In this document: piece after piece, positions 60,219 through 64,000 of the stretch
Layout: every line of letters starts with the position of its first letter
Numbering within the stretch: the first letter of the stretch is position 1
From: Thermoplasmata archaeon
GTDB lineage: Archaea > Thermoplasmatota > Thermoplasmata > Sysuiplasmatales > Sysuiplasmataceae
Direction of reading: 5' to 3'
Length of the DNA: 64,000 nucleotides
Assembly: GCA_021817225.1 (NCBI GenBank)
Contig: JAKAVR010000001.1
Span: 8,002 to 72,001, forward strand
The notes under the pieces: generated by a model
Seen by the model: the letters and a program-made list of their open reading frames with translations, nothing else
Told to the model about the DNA's origin: nothing
The model's database searches: none
Position numbers and translations under genes: made by a program

Positions 60219-60342
60219 AATTCGAGTCTCAAGGTTCGATTTTCGGTTACATGAACTGATTTTTTCGCTCACTTTAGGTTCGAATACAATGCCGCCATGG
60301 ATTATGTGCGGCTGCCGGGATATACGCATTAAGGTTCGAATC
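60219..60342 (+). repeat. cassette-boundary repeat copy 6 (full three-box form; core 60306-60342)
   Basis: Core 37/37; GGTTC boxes at 60233, 60277, 60333. Confidence 0.95.
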
Positions 60343-60404
60343 CAATCAGGGTGGAATTGTGGAGGTTGACAGAACTCAAGTTGCGAAGTTCAGGCTTGAT
60401 GAAT

Positions 60405-61631
60405 TTATTCCTCTTCGTGCTTCCGAAGCACCATCTGGGCTTCTAGAGGTATGCGCCTTTCGATCGAGGCTATCCAACTTACAAGCTCCTCTACGTTGCA
60501 GTTTTCCCCAGCCACTCGCAAATTCATGCTCTGGATGTTTAGGTATCGGAGAGCATTTTTGGCTTCTTCGGGCTCATCTTCCGAGTTGTAGGTGCTCACT
60601 GCCCAGCCGAATGGAATCAGCTCAGGCACTGTAGGCAACCAGTCATCTAGCCTTTCGTCGATATGTTCGAACGCATTTCTTACTCTGCGCGATATCATAG
60701 GATTCTCTCCTTTGATGCCCAGAATAAGCCGCAGCTCTCGCCCTCTCCTCACAGATCTACTGACCGCTTCAGGTCCTCTACCTTTATCAGGATTCGGCCA
60801 GAGAATGTGGGAAATGTTCGAAGCTGCTGAAAGCAAAGCATGAACCAAAAGCCAGATTCTCTGGTTCCATTGCCTCTTTCCTTTGTCATCAATCGGGGGT
60901 GGATCCTTCCCGGCCGATACAAAGGCCATAAACGCCGTAGCAATCTGGGCCGATTGTTCACGTAGTTCTACCATGAAGACAGCTAGTTCCCTAGCTTCTT
61001 CTGTCGAGCGTTGCAGTTCTTGCTCTGGCACTGGATCTTGGGCTATTATCGTTTTCAGAATACTGGCAGCTGCCTCTAAGGATCCAAATGCACTATTCTC
61101 AGTTATCCAAAGTTCCACCGCGCTGGTTATTTTACATATAGTGCTCAATGCAAAGTCTGTTTTCTGCGCTAGGCGGCTGCTAAAATTCCTCTTATTCCTC
61201 ACGAAATTGATTCGGTCTTCGATTTTAGTATCCACTATTTTCTTGTCTTTTGCTGATTGGATTATTCTACCCCAATCACTCTGGATATAGTCAAAGCTTA
61301 TGCGAAATACTCCTTCCTTCAGTCCGTTGCCTGGCTTCTTAACGACTTTCCTTATGACAGCAATGTATACAGCGGTTTCAATTGCTGCGCCACACATTAC
61401 AGCCGTGGCCAGATACGCACCATTTTGGAAGCAAGAGATGGACTCACGAAGGAGATCTATCGATGGCATGAAGAGAGTTGTTCTTTCAGTATCTAGTTTT
61501 TGTAATTCCAATCCACTCCAAAGTTCAGTTACTTTCACCTGTCTCGCCTTGCGATACTCATCGCATCTTGTGGGTCCGATGAATATTCCTGGTGTTTTCT
61601 GGTTTCTTAGGGCCCTTGGCTTGGTCGTCAT
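60405..61631 (-). CDS. hypothetical protein with two HEPN-like helical domains
   Basis: DUF4145-like AYLATAVMCGAAIE..RNKRNFSSR; second half RNAFEH (Rx4H). Confidence 0.6.
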   Translation of the reverse strand: MTTKPRALRNQKTPGIFIGPTRCDEYRKARQVKVTELWSGLELQKLDTERTTLFMPSIDLLRESISCFQNGAYLATAVMCGAAIETAVYIAVIRKVVKKPGNGLKEGVFRISFDYIQSDWGRIIQSAKDKKIVDTKIEDRINFVRNKRNFSSRLAQKTDFALSTICKITSAVELWITENSAFGSLEAAASILKTIIAQDPVPEQELQRSTEEARELAVFMVELREQSAQIATAFMAFVSAGKDPPPIDDKGKRQWNQRIWLLVHALLSAASNISHILWPNPDKGRGPEAVSRSVRRGRELRLILGIKGENPMISRRVRNAFEHIDERLDDWLPTVPELIPFGWAVSTYNSEDEPEEAKNALRYLNIQSMNLRVAGENCNVEELVSWIASIERRIPLEAQMVLRKHEEE

Positions 61632-61756
61632 GGGAAATGAGTATTCACCAATGCTTTACAAATCTCTTCTCGTCTAGGTTCATTTCGGCACTACACACGA
61701 ATGAGACTCAACTGGCTAGACAGGAAGTGTTTGTAGATCTAGGGGAACAGAGACTA

Positions 61757-62930
61757 TTGTTATGACAATTTAGATATTCGGTATATCTATATACACGCTT
61801 TCCCATATCCTGTCCGATGAGAAGGCTCGACATCATGCTGAATGACAAAGACATATCAAGACTCAGGAAGATCATAAAGAGCGGCATGGTGATGGTCAGG
61901 GCGGTGATGCGCGCCAATGTTCTGCTTCTGTCCGTTTCAGGGAAAGGAAACGACGACATCGCTCAGATACTCAACATCAACCGCGACACAGTACTCAGGA
62001 TAAAGAAAAGATACATGCAGGGCGGCATAGACATGGCTGTCTACGACGGAAAGAGGCCGGGACAGCCGAGGAAGTACACTGAAAAACAGATGGCGGAGAT
62101 AACGGCGCTCGCATGCACGAAGCCTCCGGGCGGCAGAAAGAGATGGTCTGTGCGCCTGCTGACGGACGAACTGAAGAGGAGGAAAGGCTTCAGGAGCATA
62201 AACAGGGAGACAGTCAGGCTCATTCTAAAAAAAACGGAACAAAGCCGTGGAAGAGAAGAATGTGGTGCATCCAGGCCATAGACAGCGAATACAGGAAGAG
62301 GATGTACGACGTGCTCGACCTCTATGCAAATCGAAGCAGAAGTGCTCATGTGATAGCCATCGATGAGAAACTGAAACAGATAGTATCGGACAGGAGAAAG
62401 ACCATACCGATGAAACCGGCTTCTCCTGAAAGGTATGACTACGAATACACGCGACACGGAAAGGCAAACATATTCATCGCCGTTGAACCGAAGAAGGGGA
62501 AGCGGATAGTAAAGGTGACGGAGAGAAGAACCAAAAGGGACTTTGCACTCTTCGTGAAGGAAGTCCTGAAAGAGTATCCGGAGGCAGGGAAAATCTGCGT
62601 GGTGCTGGACAATCTCAACACTCACTTTCCCGGTTCATTTGAGGAAGCGTTCGGAAGGGAGGAGAGGGAGAGGATCATGTCAAGGGTGGAATTCCATTAC
62701 ACACCGAAGCACGCAAGCTGGCTCAACATTGCAGAGATAGAGATCAATGTGATGGACATTGAATGCCCGGGAAGGAGATTCGAGAACAGGGAATCGCTGG
62801 AAAAGGAAACAGTTCTCTGGGCGGCGAAGAGAAACGCACAGAGAAAGAGGATAGAATGGGGATTCAACAGAAAACAGGCGGACAGGAAGCTGTCAAAATA
62901 TTATGCAACATAATTATATTGTCATGACAC
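61757..62930 (+). mobile_element. IS630-family insertion sequence
   Basis: Imperfect IR (T/G)TGT(T/C)ATGACAAT, flanked by TA at 61755-56 and 62931-32. Confidence 0.88.
61817..62913 (+). CDS. IS630 transposase in two ORFs joined by a probable -1 frameshift
   Basis: HTH ORF 61817-62281 and DDE ORF ending 62913 (IDEK, LDNLNTH, TPKHASWLNIAEIE); A8 run at 62227-34. Confidence 0.88.
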
Positions 62931-62965
62931 TAGACACGCTCTATTTGATAAGGGGATAAACTTGA

Positions 62966-63865
62966 CTACTGTTGAACTTCAAGTTCCCCTCTTTCAGCAA
63001 GAGATCTTATCTTCTTCTTCAGAACATCAACAAAACCCAATTCTCCCCTGAGTATGTTTTTTAACTCTTTACCTGAAAGTATCACAAAATTAGGTGCTTT
63101 CCCTACTTTCATTGCCTCCAAACCGTCTTCGGTAAAGCCATGTACCGAAATAAAGAGACCCCTAGTCCACGAACTCTTACGTTCAACCTTGTCGGAAAAA
63201 GATGCAAGATCAGATTTTGCAGCCTTTTTTGTCCTCCACCTTGCCTCCAGAAGATAGACTTCCGAGTCAAGGGTGAAAGAACCATCTACTTCTTCGCCAG
63301 TTACTCGAAATGGTTTTCCTGGATTTAATCCAAAATCCGAAAGGATGTCAAACAGCAATTCCTGGAACTCATATCCGCGGTTTTGGACATCTGGATTTGT
63401 TTCCATCAAGTCATATCTTTCACTAAATTCATGTAGTCTACTCCCTGAAATGTCCTCCATGTGCTTGGAATCATATAGATTGGATGACTCCTGCAGTAGC
63501 GAAAGGAAATCAGGATTGGACAACTCAGGTAGCACGAGTCCTAGATTCCTGATGGCCGTGTCGAGCAACACTACTTCCTCTTTGGTGACCGAATCGCCCT
63601 TCTTATCTCTGTATTTCATACCTTCTCTTACAATTGTGATTAGTAATGGGCCAAGGCATGCTTTTTCGAATGCACCTTCCAATAGACCCTGAAGTGCAGG
63701 GAGTTTGCTGCCGCCTGACCAATGAGCTTGAAGACCATGTCTCTGTGCAGCATCAGCAAAAGTGAATATGCGCCCAAAAGGAGGAGAAGATCCGGGAAGC
63801 CACTTGTAGAGCAGGGTGGCAATTTGGCTGATTAGTCTAGTTTGTCGGAAATCGGGCTTTGCCAT
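62966..63865 (-). CDS. Mrr-like restriction endonuclease with helical N-terminal domain
   Basis: RGYEFQ, EEVDGSF, YLLEARW, GLFISVHGFT. Confidence 0.75.
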   Translation of the reverse strand: MAKPDFRQTRLISQIATLLYKWLPGSSPPFGRIFTFADAAQRHGLQAHWSGGSKLPALQGLLEGAFEKACLGPLLITIVREGMKYRDKKGDSVTKEEVVLLDTAIRNLGLVLPELSNPDFLSLLQESSNLYDSKHMEDISGSRLHEFSERYDLMETNPDVQNRGYEFQELLFDILSDFGLNPGKPFRVTGEEVDGSFTLDSEVYLLEARWRTKKAAKSDLASFSDKVERKSSWTRGLFISVHGFTEDGLEAMKVGKAPNFVILSGKELKNILRGELGFVDVLKKKIRSLAERGELEVQQ

Positions 63866-64000
63866 TCAAATTCAACCGTCGAATGAGTATTGAAATAGAT
63901 AATGACTTTTGATCGCGCTCACCGATGAAGTATATATCTGTAGGGCCTTTAAGTCTGGAAAAGCACTTGATACAATCAAGACACATCAGGAGGGCTGATA

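Noticed and set aside
51047-60342. 37-bp repeats as a CRISPR array
   Set aside because: Intervals are 1-3 kb and contain whole genes; no cas genes are present.
61670-61755. Seventh boundary repeat (taggttcatttcgg)
   Set aside because: Only a weak single-box match, with no 37-bp core or correctly spaced partner boxes.

Overview
Archaeal chromosome segment, most likely Thermoplasmata-like (inferred from Cdc6/Orc1, split GMP synthase subunits, a stand-alone Lrp ligand domain, AsnRS and leaderless-style promoters). Bases 1-50.7 kb are mostly housekeeping: glycosyltransferases, asnS, gcvT, cdc6, a large multi-GAF protein, an orphan DNA methyltransferase, ahcY, a dapA-dapB-lysA-aminotransferase lysine operon, acetoacetate-CoA ligase, a coproporphyrin-type heme cluster (chdC-hemE-hemH, hemY, hemB-hemC-hemD) and transporters. 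From about 51 kb to the end is an accessory island organised as a cassette-like array. Six direct copies of a 37-bp site (consensus GTGCGGCTGCCGGGATATACGCATTAAGGTTCGAATC) separate roughly 1-1.8 kb modules. Several copies are the right end of a ~124-bp three-box element with fixed 44-45/56-bp spacing. The modules carry three VapBC/AbrB-PIN toxin-antitoxin pairs, a Zn-ribbon membrane protein and a Fic protein, followed by a tandem HEPN-like protein and an Mrr-like nuclease. Three IS elements (IS1634, IS4, IS630 families) have inserted secondarily. No recombinase is encoded in the window. All calls are from motif reading only; no searches were run.
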